Part shown: positions 26,939 to 36,745 of the stretch, in pieces | Numbering within the stretch: position 1 is the first letter of the stretch | Layout of the letters: every line of letters starts with the position of its first letter | Assembly (NCBI GenBank): GCA_001782165.1 | Contig: MFNV01000009.1 | Coordinates: 1-54,122, forward strand | Length of the DNA stretch: 54,122 bases | Direction: 5' to 3' | Source: Candidatus Levybacteria bacterium RIFCSPHIGHO2_01_FULL_41_15 | GTDB taxonomy: Bacteria > Patescibacteriota > Microgenomatia > Levybacterales > UBA12049 | Made by a program: the position numbers and the translations under genes | Notes under the pieces: model-generated | What the model was told of the DNA's origin: nothing | Database searches by the model: none | What the model saw: only the letters and a program-made list of their open reading frames with translations

Positions 26939-29274
26939 AATTGCCCCTCAGATTCGGCAAAAAAAAAGAAGAGAAACAATATTTCCTAGCTCTTGTACTT
27001 CGGAATGAGAAAGTGAATGCGGTTTTCTTTGAAGAAGAACTTTCGAAAGTAAAGGTTCTTGCCAGACATTCCGAATATTTTGAAAACTCCATTGAAGAAG
27101 CCTCTTTGGAGGAATTTTTGGATGTTCTGGATAAAGCTGTATCAACCGCGGAACAATCGCTTGTCACGGAACTTGAAACAGTAAAAACTATTTTTGGAGT
27201 TAAAGGAAGCTGGATTGGGGAAAACAAGATAAAAAAGGAGTATCTTTTAAAACTTAAGAAAATAAGTGATGAGCTTGGACTCTTACCCATAGGTTTTATA
27301 GTAATTATTGAGGCAATTTCTCATCTTCTCCAACAAGAAGAAGGGGCTCCTCTTACAGCCATAGTTGCTGAAACCGGCAAAAAATATATTTCTGTTGCCC
27401 ATGTAAAGGGAGGAAGAATTTTGGAATTCAAAACCTCGCAAATTCTGGAATCTCCTGCTCAGACTGTTGATACGATTCTTAAACATTTTTCATCATCCGA
27501 GATTCTCCCTGCAAGAATACTCATCTTCAATGGCGATGAAGATGAAAGTCAGGAATTTATAAATCACAGCTGGAGCAAAAGCCTTCCCTTTCTTCATCTT
27601 CCTAAAGTAGGTATCCTTTCCCCGGATTTTGACGCAAGAGCGGTTCTTTTCGGAGCGGCACAACAAATGGGGTTTGAGATTTTAGGAGATGTGTTAAGTA
27701 TCGAAGAAAAGAAAGAAGATATAGAAGAGCTTTCTAAACCTCCTCAGGAACAAGAAACTTTGCCCACCGGAGAAGCCGAAGAAGAGATTATAAATGAGAA
27801 GATCAAAAATATTCCGCAAGATTCTTCTCTTGAGTATTTTGGGTTTCTAGAGAACAAGGATATTGCCAAAGAGCCCTTGCAAGCTCCTCCAGAAGAAAAG
27901 CCGGAAGAAGAAATTACCGGAGAGAAAATCGAGGACCTGCCTGCTCGCCTCGATTCGGCAAAGCGGGCCGGACAGGCGGGAATTCCGAAGGATATAAAAG
28001 TTGAAGAAGCAGAAAAAAAGGCTCTTCCCATAAATGCATCCTTTGTTCTTACGGGGGTAAAAGTCTTTGCTCCTAGAATTTTGAAGTTTGTTAAGAAAAT
28101 TCCTGCAAAAATTTCTTTTTCAGGATTCGGTTTAACTCAAAGGGGGAAGGTTTTATTAATTCCGATCGTAATTTTCATTTTAATAATTATTCTGTCTCTC
28201 TTTTACTTTTTCTTAAATAAAGCGACTGTTGTTTTATCCCTTACAGGACAACCGTCAGAAAAAACTCAAGATGTAATTTTTGCCGTGGATTCACCGACGG
28301 ACAGTTCTCGGGGCATAATCGGTTCAGACTTTTTGGCAAGTCAAAAGGATGGCAATATTTCAACAAAAGCAACTGGAAAGAAGGAAGTTGGCGATAAAGC
28401 AAAAGGAACAGTAACAATTTTTAATAATTCATCTACAAGTCAAGCTCTTGCCCAAGGGATAACTATTACGTCCTCAAATGATTTGGAGTTTGCTCTTGAT
28501 AAAGGACTTACGGTTGCATCAGCATCCGGCGACATATTCTCCGGCACTACCCCAGGAAAAGTAAATGTCAATGTCACCGCAAAGGCAATCGGACAAGAAT
28601 ATAACCTCCCATCAAATACAAAGTTTTCTATAGGAGGACGTTCATCTGTTGCAGCCAAAAATGACAATGCCTTTTCAGGAGGATCTAAAAAAGAACTTAC
28701 AGTAGTTTCAAAAAATGATATCGTAAAGCTCGAGAGGGATCTTCCCAAAAGCCTTGAACAAAAAGCCAAAGATGATCTAAATAATAAAATTTCACAAGAT
28801 CAGGTACTTCTCCCTGTTTTGGTTTCAGAGGAATTGGTGAAAGGGGATTTCAGCAAAAAAGAAGGTGATGAAACAAATCAAGTTTCTCTAAAAGGGACAG
28901 TTGAGTTTAAGGGAATTGCTTATAAAAAGAAGGATATAGAAAACTTTTCAAATGAAATTCTTAAGAGAGAGGTTTCAGAAAACCTGACAATCGAACCCAA
29001 GAGCATAAAAGTTGATGTTTCGGATGTAAAAACAGAAGAAAGTAAGGTAAGTGCCCAGATCTCTATAAAAGCTCTTTTGATTCCCAAGATAGACTCTAAG
29101 AGTTTAGTAAAACAAATTAAGGGAAAATCTTTCAAAGATGCCGAATCTCTTCTGTCTAAATACTCTCAAGTATCAGATATTCAGATTTCTCTTTCTTTAA
29201 ACTTGCCATTTTTCCCAAAAAGGATTCCACTCTCCGAAAAGAATATTCAGGTAAAAACTTCTATAAATGAGTAA
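26935..29274 (+). CDS. membrane protein with FtsA/actin-like N-terminus and baseplate-J-like C-terminus
   Basis: Actin-fold-like N-terminal region, acidic linker, one TM, then KAKGTVTIFN...VTAKAIGQEYN...FSGG. Confidence 0.7.
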   Translation: MKLPLRFGKKKEEKQYFLALVLRNEKVNAVFFEEELSKVKVLARHSEYFENSIEEASLEEFLDVLDKAVSTAEQSLVTELETVKTIFGVKGSWIGENKIKKEYLLKLKKISDELGLLPIGFIVIIEAISHLLQQEEGAPLTAIVAETGKKYISVAHVKGGRILEFKTSQILESPAQTVDTILKHFSSSEILPARILIFNGDEDESQEFINHSWSKSLPFLHLPKVGILSPDFDARAVLFGAAQQMGFEILGDVLSIEEKKEDIEELSKPPQEQETLPTGEAEEEIINEKIKNIPQDSSLEYFGFLENKDIAKEPLQAPPEEKPEEEITGEKIEDLPARLDSAKRAGQAGIPKDIKVEEAEKKALPINASFVLTGVKVFAPRILKFVKKIPAKISFSGFGLTQRGKVLLIPIVIFILIIILSLFYFFLNKATVVLSLTGQPSEKTQDVIFAVDSPTDSSRGIIGSDFLASQKDGNISTKATGKKEVGDKAKGTVTIFNNSSTSQALAQGITITSSNDLEFALDKGLTVASASGDIFSGTTPGKVNVNVTAKAIGQEYNLPSNTKFSIGGRSSVAAKNDNAFSGGSKKELTVVSKNDIVKLERDLPKSLEQKAKDDLNNKISQDQVLLPVLVSEELVKGDFSKKEGDETNQVSLKGTVEFKGIAYKKKDIENFSNEILKREVSENLTIEPKSIKVDVSDVKTEESKVSAQISIKALLIPKIDSKSLVKQIKGKSFKDAESLLSKYSQVSDIQISLSLNLPFFPKRIPLSEKNIQVKTSINE
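27936..27980. repeat. REP-like nested hairpin inside a CDS
   Basis: cctgcctgctcgcctcgattcggcaaagcgggccggacaggcggg; the first 42 nt are 32/42 identical to 42509-42550. Confidence 0.8.
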
Positions 29275-29998
29275 ATACTATTACGAAAAAGGGGGTAGAA
29301 ACTCAAGAAAAAAATTGGTGAAGCACCTAGGAATTGTCTTTTCGATTATAGGACTAATGACTGCCATATACATTTTCTATCCTCTAATCCTCTGGCAGAT
29401 ATTTTTTGAGGGTACTTTTGCTTCACCAAGCATCCAAGCTCCAATACCCCGAAGCACTGTTGTAAACCCCGAAACTTTGGGAAGTCTTATTTCTCAAGCA
29501 GGAAATTTAATCTCTGGAGTCGACTACACAAATGCTCGAAATTGGTTCCCGGGTTACGGTGTGCCTGGCAGTAAAAAAGCAAAGGTTCCCTACTACTCCG
29601 TGTCAATTCCTAAGTTAAACATCAAGAATGCAACAGTCTCAACTGTGGATACAAACCTTTCTTCTCATCTTGTAAATTATCCGGGAACGCCTGCGCCTTC
29701 CGAGGCAGGAAATGCAGTTGTATTTGGCCACTCTACGCTTCCTCAGCTTTTCAATCCCAATGATTACAAAACAATTTTTGCAAATGCCTATCAACTTAAA
29801 CAAAGTGATATTATTTATGTTAATATCGCAAGTATTACCTATAAATATAGGATTTTTAATATTTCGGTTGTTGATCCAGATAATACTTCTATATTTAATC
29901 AAGACACTAGTGACTCCTATCTTACTCTGGTAACCTGCACTCCTCCCGGGACTGTTTGGAAAAGACTTATAATAAAATCAAAGCTTGAAAAAATCTAA
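29267..29998 (+). CDS. sortase
   Basis: N-terminal TM, GNAVVFGHS, LTLVTCTP and downstream catalytic Arg. Confidence 0.93.
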   Translation: MSKYYYEKGGRNSRKKLVKHLGIVFSIIGLMTAIYIFYPLILWQIFFEGTFASPSIQAPIPRSTVVNPETLGSLISQAGNLISGVDYTNARNWFPGYGVPGSKKAKVPYYSVSIPKLNIKNATVSTVDTNLSSHLVNYPGTPAPSEAGNAVVFGHSTLPQLFNPNDYKTIFANAYQLKQSDIIYVNIASITYKYRIFNISVVDPDNTSIFNQDTSDSYLTLVTCTPPGTVWKRLIIKSKLEKI

Positions 29999-30000
29999 AA

Positions 30001-30150
30001 ATGCAGGAGGAAAATAGGTTTAAAATTATTCTTATTAAAATCTGGCCTACAGTTTATCGAATCATAAACGGATTCCTGTACTTCATTCTTTCTTTAGTTA
30101 AGGGGATAGTTTCTATTGCCATCAGCCAAATAAAAGGAGACAGACAGTGA
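30001..30150 (+). CDS. small hydrophobic protein (49 aa, below the ORF-track cutoff)
   Basis: MQEENRFKIILIKIWPTVYRIINGFLYFILSLVKGIVSIAISQIKGDRQ*; fills the gap and overlaps the next gene at GTGA. Confidence 0.75.
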   Translation: MQEENRFKIILIKIWPTVYRIINGFLYFILSLVKGIVSIAISQIKGDRQ

Positions 30151-31448
30151 AAAAATCCGATCTTTTCAAAAATGAGGAGGAGGAACTCCGAAAGGCACTT
30201 GAAGCAATCCAAAAAAAACTCGTCGGAAAAAGACTCACATACAAAGAGGTCTTTGCCGTAATGGACGAAATCGCAAGAAATAGACTCGGTGATGTCCTTA
30301 CAACTTATTTCGCAGCATCCGGTTTTGCTAAAGGCTTTACCAATAAAGAGCTTTATCATTTAACTCGCTCAATGGTTGATACGGGAGAACGGCTTTCCTT
30401 CAAGGGCATTGTGGCAGACAAACATTCGATAGGCGGGGTCCCAGGATCAAGAACCACTCTTATAGTTGTCCCTATTGTTGCAGCGGCAGGATTTACTGTA
30501 CCGAAAAGCTCATCGCGCGCAATAACATCGCCCGACGGAACAGCAGATGACATGGAAGTCTTGGCTCCTGTTGTTTTGACCCGGGAAAAAATATACAAGG
30601 TTGTTAAAAAAACCAACGGATGTATAGTCTGGGGAGGAAGCTTCGGTATTGCTCCTGCAGATGACATCATGATTAAAGTTGAAAAACCCCTTCTTTTTGA
30701 AAGTTACGATAAAATCCTTGTCTCAATAATGGCAAAAAAGGTTGCTTTTGGCTCAAATCATGTTGTAATTGATCTGCCTTACGGCAAATCCGTAAAGGTG
30801 CATAGATTAAAAGATGCAAAAATTCTTAAAGAAAAATTTCAATATCTGGCACGACAATTTCATATAAAGATAAAGGTGCTTATCCAAAGAACCGATGAGC
30901 CTCTGGGCCGCGGAATAGGACCAGTTCTTGAAACAAGAGAAGCTTTAAGGATTCTTCAACAAAAATCCGAAAGACCGCTTGATCTTGAAGAAAGAAGCCT
31001 TACTCTCGCAGGAGAACTTCTTAAGCTTTGTCTTACAGATGCAAATGTTAATCTAAAAAAAGAAATAAAAAAAACTCACGGGAGCTCTTTTAATTGGGCG
31101 AAAAATATTCTCAAGAACGGTCTTGCTTTTAAAAAAATGCAGGAAATAATAAGAGCTCAGGGAGGAAACCCCAATATAGACAGCGAAGATCTAAAAACCG
31201 GAAAGTTTAAAGATACTATAAAAGCAAAAGAAAGCGGAATCGTAAGAAGAATAAATACCAGAAATCTTACAATGGTTGCAAGAATTCTGGGAGCGCCTGA
31301 ACACAAGACAACAGGAGTTTATCTTAATAAGAAATTAGGTGAAGAAGTAAGGAAAAATGAGACCATCTGTACTTTGTACAGCGAAAACATGTATAATCTT
31401 AAAACAGGAAAAAGATCAGCAATAAGATTTCCGATAATTAGTCTATGA
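30147..31448 (+). CDS. AMP/thymidine phosphorylase family protein
   Basis: DKHSIGGVPG, KSSSRAITSPDGTAD, APADD, SIMAKK and PLGRGIGPVLE motifs (AMP-phosphorylase-type signature). Confidence 0.9.
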   Translation: MKKSDLFKNEEEELRKALEAIQKKLVGKRLTYKEVFAVMDEIARNRLGDVLTTYFAASGFAKGFTNKELYHLTRSMVDTGERLSFKGIVADKHSIGGVPGSRTTLIVVPIVAAAGFTVPKSSSRAITSPDGTADDMEVLAPVVLTREKIYKVVKKTNGCIVWGGSFGIAPADDIMIKVEKPLLFESYDKILVSIMAKKVAFGSNHVVIDLPYGKSVKVHRLKDAKILKEKFQYLARQFHIKIKVLIQRTDEPLGRGIGPVLETREALRILQQKSERPLDLEERSLTLAGELLKLCLTDANVNLKKEIKKTHGSSFNWAKNILKNGLAFKKMQEIIRAQGGNPNIDSEDLKTGKFKDTIKAKESGIVRRINTRNLTMVARILGAPEHKTTGVYLNKKLGEEVRKNETICTLYSENMYNLKTGKRSAIRFPIISL

Positions 31449-32401
31449 GGAGATTAACAATTTTTGTAATTGTCTTAATTGTTGTTATTGCGGGCTCAGC
31501 TTTATGGTGGAAAAATGGCATAAGTTCTTCTGATCCCTCAAACCAAACTCCGAAAATCTTTGTAGTTGCAAAAGGTGAAGGCGTGCGAGAAATAGCCAAT
31601 AAACTTAAAAAAGAAGGACTTATCAGGGATCCGATTGTATTTTTTCTTCTGACTAAAAAGATGGGAATAGATAAAGAAATTCAGGCAGGAGACTTCAGGC
31701 TAAATCCATCAATGAATTTATATCAAATAGTAGAAAATTTAAGACACGGCACTTTGGATATCTGGGTAACCATTCCTGAGGGATTAAGAGCCGATGAAAT
31801 AGCAGGTATGTTTAAGACTTCTTTGCCAAATTATAAACCTGAATGGAGAAATATTCTGGTAGTAAATGAAGGTTATCTCTTTCCCGATACCTATCTTTTC
31901 CCAAAAGATGCAGATATAAATGCGATAGTTGATATACTGAAAAATAATTTTAATAATAAATACGCAACTTTGGGTACCTTAAAGACAAATCTTTCTCAAG
32001 AGGAAATTGTAATAATTGCATCTCTGATAGAAAGAGAGACAAGACACGACGAGGACAGGCCTCTTGTAGGAAGTGTCATCAAAAACAGACTTGAGCTTGG
32101 TATGAAACTTGATATAGACGCAACCATTCAGTATGCATTAGGATATCAGGAAGGAGAGAAAAGATGGTGGAAAAAACTCTTAACAGAAGAGGATAAGCTC
32201 TTAAACTCTCCTTACAATACTTATAAGGTGGCCGGTCTACCCCCGGGACCAATCTCAAACCCCGGTCTTGCAAGCCTAAAAGCTGCAATAAATCCGGCAA
32301 ATACTTCCTATCTATACTATATTACTGACAAAAACGGGATCAATAGATACGCTGAGGACATTAAAGTACACAACGAAAATATAAGAAAGTACGGCCTCTA
32401 A
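31445..32401 (+). CDS. mltG: endolytic transglycosylase
   Basis: TIPEG, EGYLFPDTY, ASLIERE, SPYNTY and GLPPGPISNPG motifs. Confidence 0.96.
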   Translation: MRRLTIFVIVLIVVIAGSALWWKNGISSSDPSNQTPKIFVVAKGEGVREIANKLKKEGLIRDPIVFFLLTKKMGIDKEIQAGDFRLNPSMNLYQIVENLRHGTLDIWVTIPEGLRADEIAGMFKTSLPNYKPEWRNILVVNEGYLFPDTYLFPKDADINAIVDILKNNFNNKYATLGTLKTNLSQEEIVIIASLIERETRHDEDRPLVGSVIKNRLELGMKLDIDATIQYALGYQEGEKRWWKKLLTEEDKLLNSPYNTYKVAGLPPGPISNPGLASLKAAINPANTSYLYYITDKNGINRYAEDIKVHNENIRKYGL

Positions 32402-32500
32402 CTAAATCGTTTTGGGTAAAGGTTTTGGCCGCTAGCAACGTCTGGCGCTTAACATTTGACTATACGGGTAACTACACCGAACTCTTAAACAAAAATGTTA

Positions 32501-32824
32501 TTAGGTGGTTTTTCTTTTGAAGAATCTTCTTGCGGGCTTAGTTTTAACTGGTTCGTTCTCCGAATTACTTTTGGGAACACCGTTTCCATTTGAAGAAGTT
32601 TCTTTTTGGGCAATCCGAGGCTCTTCCGGTATTTCCTCTATCGTCTCCTCATACTCAAGATCATCATCCGCAAGCATTTCTGTCAAATTTTCAAGCCCAT
32701 TCTCTGAAATAGTTTTAAGAAGTTTTTTTCCTTTTTTTGTTGTAAGAAAAAAAACAAGCCCTCCCCCTATAATAGCGCCCCACAAAAACCCCTCGAAAAA
32801 TCTGTTATTGTTTCCGTTACTCAT
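32501..32824 (-). CDS. YtxH-like protein
   Basis: GFLWGAIIGGGLVFFLTTKKGKK pattern. Confidence 0.7.
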   Translation of the reverse strand: MSNGNNNRFFEGFLWGAIIGGGLVFFLTTKKGKKLLKTISENGLENLTEMLADDDLEYEETIEEIPEEPRIAQKETSSNGNGVPKSNSENEPVKTKPARRFFKRKTT

Positions 32825-33089
32825 GTTTTCCTTTCTTTGATGCTCTCTTTTTTAAAAGTCTTGCAACCACTGCTCCTGCTTTTATCCCCGTTGCAAGACT
32901 TGAAAGACCTGAAATAGGACCCGATACGCTTTCGGTTATGACGCCTGTATCATCCAAAACCTTGTTAGCCTTATCAACTGTTTTTCTAAGTTCTCTTAAA
33001 ATAAAAAACACCTGAACGCCTAAAACCAAAAGAAGGATAGTCAAAACTATTATTACCAAAAATAAAGCCGTTTGGGCAGGATCAATCAT
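32817..33089 (-). CDS. YoxC/DUF948-like single-TM protein
   Basis: TM followed by coiled coil (LRKTVDKANKVLDD); adjacent to the YtxH-like gene. Start at 33089 or 33104. Confidence 0.7.
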   Translation of the reverse strand: MIDPAQTALFLVIIVLTILLLVLGVQVFFILRELRKTVDKANKVLDDTGVITESVSGPISGLSSLATGIKAGAVVARLLKKRASKKGKHE

Positions 33090-33278
33090 AGTAATATTAA
33101 ACATAGCATTTAAAAAATGACTATGTCAACAGGATTAAATATAACAAAACAAACCAGAGTTGGTTCGAGCAAAATCCAATGACGATGACGAACGATGACG
33201 ATACGGGATCGTTACCGACGATAGAAGAAATTTAAATCAAGGAAGAAAATTATTTAACGCAGGCGTATTGGAAAAAAT

Positions 33279-33788
33279 CTATTCTTCAATGCTTCGGGTA
33301 TCAGCTATCTCAACCGCCTTATTGAGTCGCTTCGCATTTCTAAGATTATTTACTGTTGCGTGAATTTTTGCAATTGTAAAACTAGCAGCAATCCCTGGAT
33401 CAGCATCGGATAATGCTGTTGCAGCAACATCTATTAATAATGCCCTCTTGCTAAAAAGGAATTGTTTTGAATTTGTGATATCTCCAAGTAATATATTTTT
33501 TTCTAATGGTCCCTCTCTGGAATCAATTCCACTCTGTTGGACTAAATTATCTGCATCAAATCCCTTAACAGAAGAGTATCGATCAGCTAGGTTGCTGATG
33601 AAAAATATTGCCGCACCAACAATATGAGCAGGGACAGAATTTACATGAAAAACTTCTAAATTTGCGAAATATGCGCCTAAAGTAACTGCCATAGTAATAT
33701 TTACATGTGCTCTATGATCTATCTCATACCATGCTCTTGGCACTTCTATCTTTGCTTGATCCATTGGGGACAATATTTCTTTTGACAT
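33279..33788 (-). CDS. hypothetical membrane protein (accessory)
   Basis: 169-aa ORF with hydrophobic segments. Confidence 0.7.
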   Translation of the reverse strand: MSKEILSPMDQAKIEVPRAWYEIDHRAHVNITMAVTLGAYFANLEVFHVNSVPAHIVGAAIFFISNLADRYSSVKGFDADNLVQQSGIDSREGPLEKNILLGDITNSKQFLFSKRALLIDVAATALSDADPGIAASFTIAKIHATVNNLRNAKRLNKAVEIADTRSIEE

Positions 33789-33822
33789 AAAATTTTGCGG
33801 GGCAGAGTTAGAACGAATGCTC

Positions 33823-34452
33823 CTATTTTACCAAAACGCGGCGGGTTACAGCTGTTTCTCTTCCGAAGCGATTAACTGCCTTAACATTAATTGTAGTCTT
33901 CCCGGGAAGGGCCAATATTTCTTTCTTAAATTTTCCATCTTCCCCAACGCTTACTGCGTCATCCCCTATAAAAATCGTTGAGGAAGAATCGGTTTTCCCC
34001 GAGACTGTAATAATTGAAGAGAAGATTGTCTGCCCCTCGGAAGGCGAATCTACATCAAGGGGAGGATTTAAAAATGCGTATCTTCCCTGAAAAAGTATAT
34101 AGCCTATTAAAATAATAAAAATTAAAATTCCTAATACAAAAAATCTTTTTATTTTAAATCTCCTAAGGGGGGCGTCTTTTTTCCCGATAAGCCCCTTAGG
34201 CAGAACCTCATATTCTTTTCTCTCATCAAATTCTCTTTTGAAAAGAGGTAAAATTTCTTTCTCGGGAAGTTCCAAAAATTTCGCGTAGTTTCGGACAAAT
34301 CCTTGAGCATACGCAGAAGGAAGTTTTTGGTATTCCCCCTTCTCTATGGAAGAAAGAAACTCGACCCGGATTTTTGTTGCATTTGAAATTTTTTCAAGCG
34401 AATACCTTTTTTTCTTCCTCTCGTCAAGAAGCCTCTGACTTGCCTTAAGCAT
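33823..34452 (-). CDS. RodZ-like HTH-TM protein with C-terminal Ig-like domain
   Basis: TKIRVEFLSSIEKG...AYAQGFVRNYA, TM, beta-rich tail; directly downstream of ftsK. Confidence 0.85.
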   Translation of the reverse strand: MLKASQRLLDERKKKRYSLEKISNATKIRVEFLSSIEKGEYQKLPSAYAQGFVRNYAKFLELPEKEILPLFKREFDERKEYEVLPKGLIGKKDAPLRRFKIKRFFVLGILIFIILIGYILFQGRYAFLNPPLDVDSPSEGQTIFSSIITVSGKTDSSSTIFIGDDAVSVGEDGKFKKEILALPGKTTINVKAVNRFGRETAVTRRVLVK

Positions 34453-34590
34453 AATACTAAATACTAAGCACTAATTTTTAAATTCTAAATAATATCAAAA
34501 TCACAAATCCAAAATTTAAGACAGTTTGGATTTTAATATTTTGAGAATTGGAATTTATTTAGGATTTAGATATTCGAATTTCGAATTTTT
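34453..34590. repeat. heptamer-period inverted repeat element
   Basis: aaatact-aagcact-aattttt-aaattct-aaataat ... ggattta-gatattc-gaatttc-gaattt. Confidence 0.8.
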
Positions 34591-34593
34591 TGT

Positions 34594-36681
34594 TTATTGT
34601 TGATTGAGACTTGCAATAACCTCTTCAGCATTCCTTACAAGAACATCCCTTGGCTTTGATCCTTCAGCATGTCCTACGATTCCTGCTTCCTCAAGCTGGT
34701 CCAAAATTCTTGCAGCTCTTGAGTAACCAATTGAAAGACGTCTTTGAAGAAGCGACGCAGAAGCTCTATCATGTTGGCATACAACTCTTATCGCCTCTTC
34801 AAAGAATGCATCTCGTCCGTCGCCTCCCGTCTTTCGAACCACCAAAGGACTTGCGGTAACTTCCTCGGTATATTCAACCGGCGGTCCTTTTTCCTTAAGA
34901 TAATCAACAAGCTTTTTAATTTCTTTTTCTGACACATAGGCACCTTGTATGCGTGTCGGTTTTGCCTGATCGGGCGGAATATAAAGCATATCTCCTCGCC
35001 CTAAGAGTTTTTCTGCTCCGGGCATATCAATAATAACCCGGGAATCAACCATAGATGAGACATTAAAGGCAATGCGGCAAGGAATATTTGCTTTTATAAG
35101 TCCTGTAATTACATCAACGGAGGGTCGTTGCGTTGAGAGAACCAAATGAATTCCAGTAGCACGCGCCATTTGAGCAAGCCTCGTAATCGCATCCTCAACT
35201 TCAACCGGCGCAAAAGCCATAAGATCTGCAAGCTCATCAACAAATATTACTATGTATGGGAGCGCCTGGAATCCCGCAAGTTCATTATAAGAATCAATGT
35301 TTCTAACTGTTCTTTCGGCAAATGTTTTATAACGTCTGTCCATCTCATCCATTGCCCATTTCAAAGATGCGAGAATCTTCTCAACATCAACAATTACAGG
35401 CGTCATAAGATGGGGAATCCCGTTGTATCCTGTGAGCTCTACTCTCTTAGGATCTATTAAAATCAACTTCACCTCAGAGGGAGATGTGCGGAATAAAAGC
35501 GATGAGATAAATGAGTTAATAAGAACAGATTTCCCGGAACCTGTTGTTCCTGCTATAAGGACGTGAGGCATTTTCCCGATATCAACAACTACTGGATTGC
35601 CTGAAACATCAAGCCCCAAAGAAACCGTAAGTTTTGATTTGCTTTTTCTCATTATTTCTGCCTCTAGCATTGTTTTAAGCGTTACAATCTCAAGGCTTCG
35701 GTTGGGGATTTCTATTCCGACAAGGTTTCTCCCTGGAATCGGAGCCTCAATTCTTATCTGTCCTGTCGGCGCCTCTGTTGCAAGGGCCAGATCATTGGTC
35801 AAAGAAGTAATCTTAGAAACCTTTGTTCCTAAGGCAATTTCAAGAGCATATTGAGTAACTGCCGGACCAAGATTTACTTCAACAACCTTTGCTCCGATTC
35901 CAAAACTCTGAAGAGTATTTTCTATAACTTGCGCGATATTCTTTATGTCCCCTCGGTCAGCTTTTTGAGCAGTTGAATCAGACAAAAGAGATAGAGGAGG
36001 ATATTCCCAAACACCGTCTGTTGCCAGAGGGTTAGCAACAAGCTTGTCTGATAAAAGAGACTCTTGTTTCTTCGGCTGAGAAATGGTCATCTCCCTATTT
36101 GAGAAGCCCGGTGCTCCGCCCCTTATCATAAGATGTCTATCTTTAAATCCCAAAGGCTTTTTATCTTTAAAGACAGACAGGATTGTTTTTGGGAAAAATC
36201 TTGAGACATTTTTGATCACAAAACCTGCGACTCCAAAAAGCTCATCTATAGATGTATCAAAAAAAACAACAAGTCCAACAAAAATTCCGGCAGTATATAC
36301 AAGATTTGCTCCAATACCAGTTACAAGATCCGAGAGAACTTTAAATAAATACTCTCCTAATATTCCGCCTTTAGTTAAAGCATTAAGGGAAATAAAAAAT
36401 AGTAAAAACCCGATTGAAACATTGGCTCTTGATATAAACATTTTAAGCCTTAGAAAAAGAAAGCCGAAAAATATCAGAACCAAAGGAAAAAGATAAGCAG
36501 AAAATCCAAAATATTTTTTAAGAAGATCGGAAGCTGTCTCAAAAGAGGGTTGGCTTTGGGTGAAGGTAAGAAAAGAGAGCAACCCTGCGATGATAAGGCC
36601 GAAGGAGAAAATAGAATAAATAGTTGTTTTTTTTAGTTTAAGCTTAAACCTTGTTCTTCTGTAATGTCTTCTTCTTGCCAT
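34594..36681 (-). CDS. ftsK: DNA translocase FtsK
   Basis: N-terminal TMs, GTTGSGKS, STQRPSVDV and gamma domain LQRRLSIGYSRAAR. Confidence 0.98.
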   Translation of the reverse strand: MARRRHYRRTRFKLKLKKTTIYSIFSFGLIIAGLLSFLTFTQSQPSFETASDLLKKYFGFSAYLFPLVLIFFGFLFLRLKMFISRANVSIGFLLFFISLNALTKGGILGEYLFKVLSDLVTGIGANLVYTAGIFVGLVVFFDTSIDELFGVAGFVIKNVSRFFPKTILSVFKDKKPLGFKDRHLMIRGGAPGFSNREMTISQPKKQESLLSDKLVANPLATDGVWEYPPLSLLSDSTAQKADRGDIKNIAQVIENTLQSFGIGAKVVEVNLGPAVTQYALEIALGTKVSKITSLTNDLALATEAPTGQIRIEAPIPGRNLVGIEIPNRSLEIVTLKTMLEAEIMRKSKSKLTVSLGLDVSGNPVVVDIGKMPHVLIAGTTGSGKSVLINSFISSLLFRTSPSEVKLILIDPKRVELTGYNGIPHLMTPVIVDVEKILASLKWAMDEMDRRYKTFAERTVRNIDSYNELAGFQALPYIVIFVDELADLMAFAPVEVEDAITRLAQMARATGIHLVLSTQRPSVDVITGLIKANIPCRIAFNVSSMVDSRVIIDMPGAEKLLGRGDMLYIPPDQAKPTRIQGAYVSEKEIKKLVDYLKEKGPPVEYTEEVTASPLVVRKTGGDGRDAFFEEAIRVVCQHDRASASLLQRRLSIGYSRAARILDQLEEAGIVGHAEGSKPRDVLVRNAEEVIASLNQQ

Positions 36682-36745
36682 ATTTTACTTTAATATTATA
36701 TCCCCTAGAAAGTATGACTACAAGCCGATTGGGAAAGATTAAACA

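Noticed and set aside
26935-29274. Prophage inferred from the baseplate-J-like domain
   Set aside because: No other phage genes; the gene is embedded in a housekeeping run.
33250-33266. Possible 3'-end scar of the RodZ-like gene (ttatttaacgcaggcg versus ctattttaccaaaacgcggcg)
   Set aside because: Only VK* matches in frame; too short to distinguish from chance.
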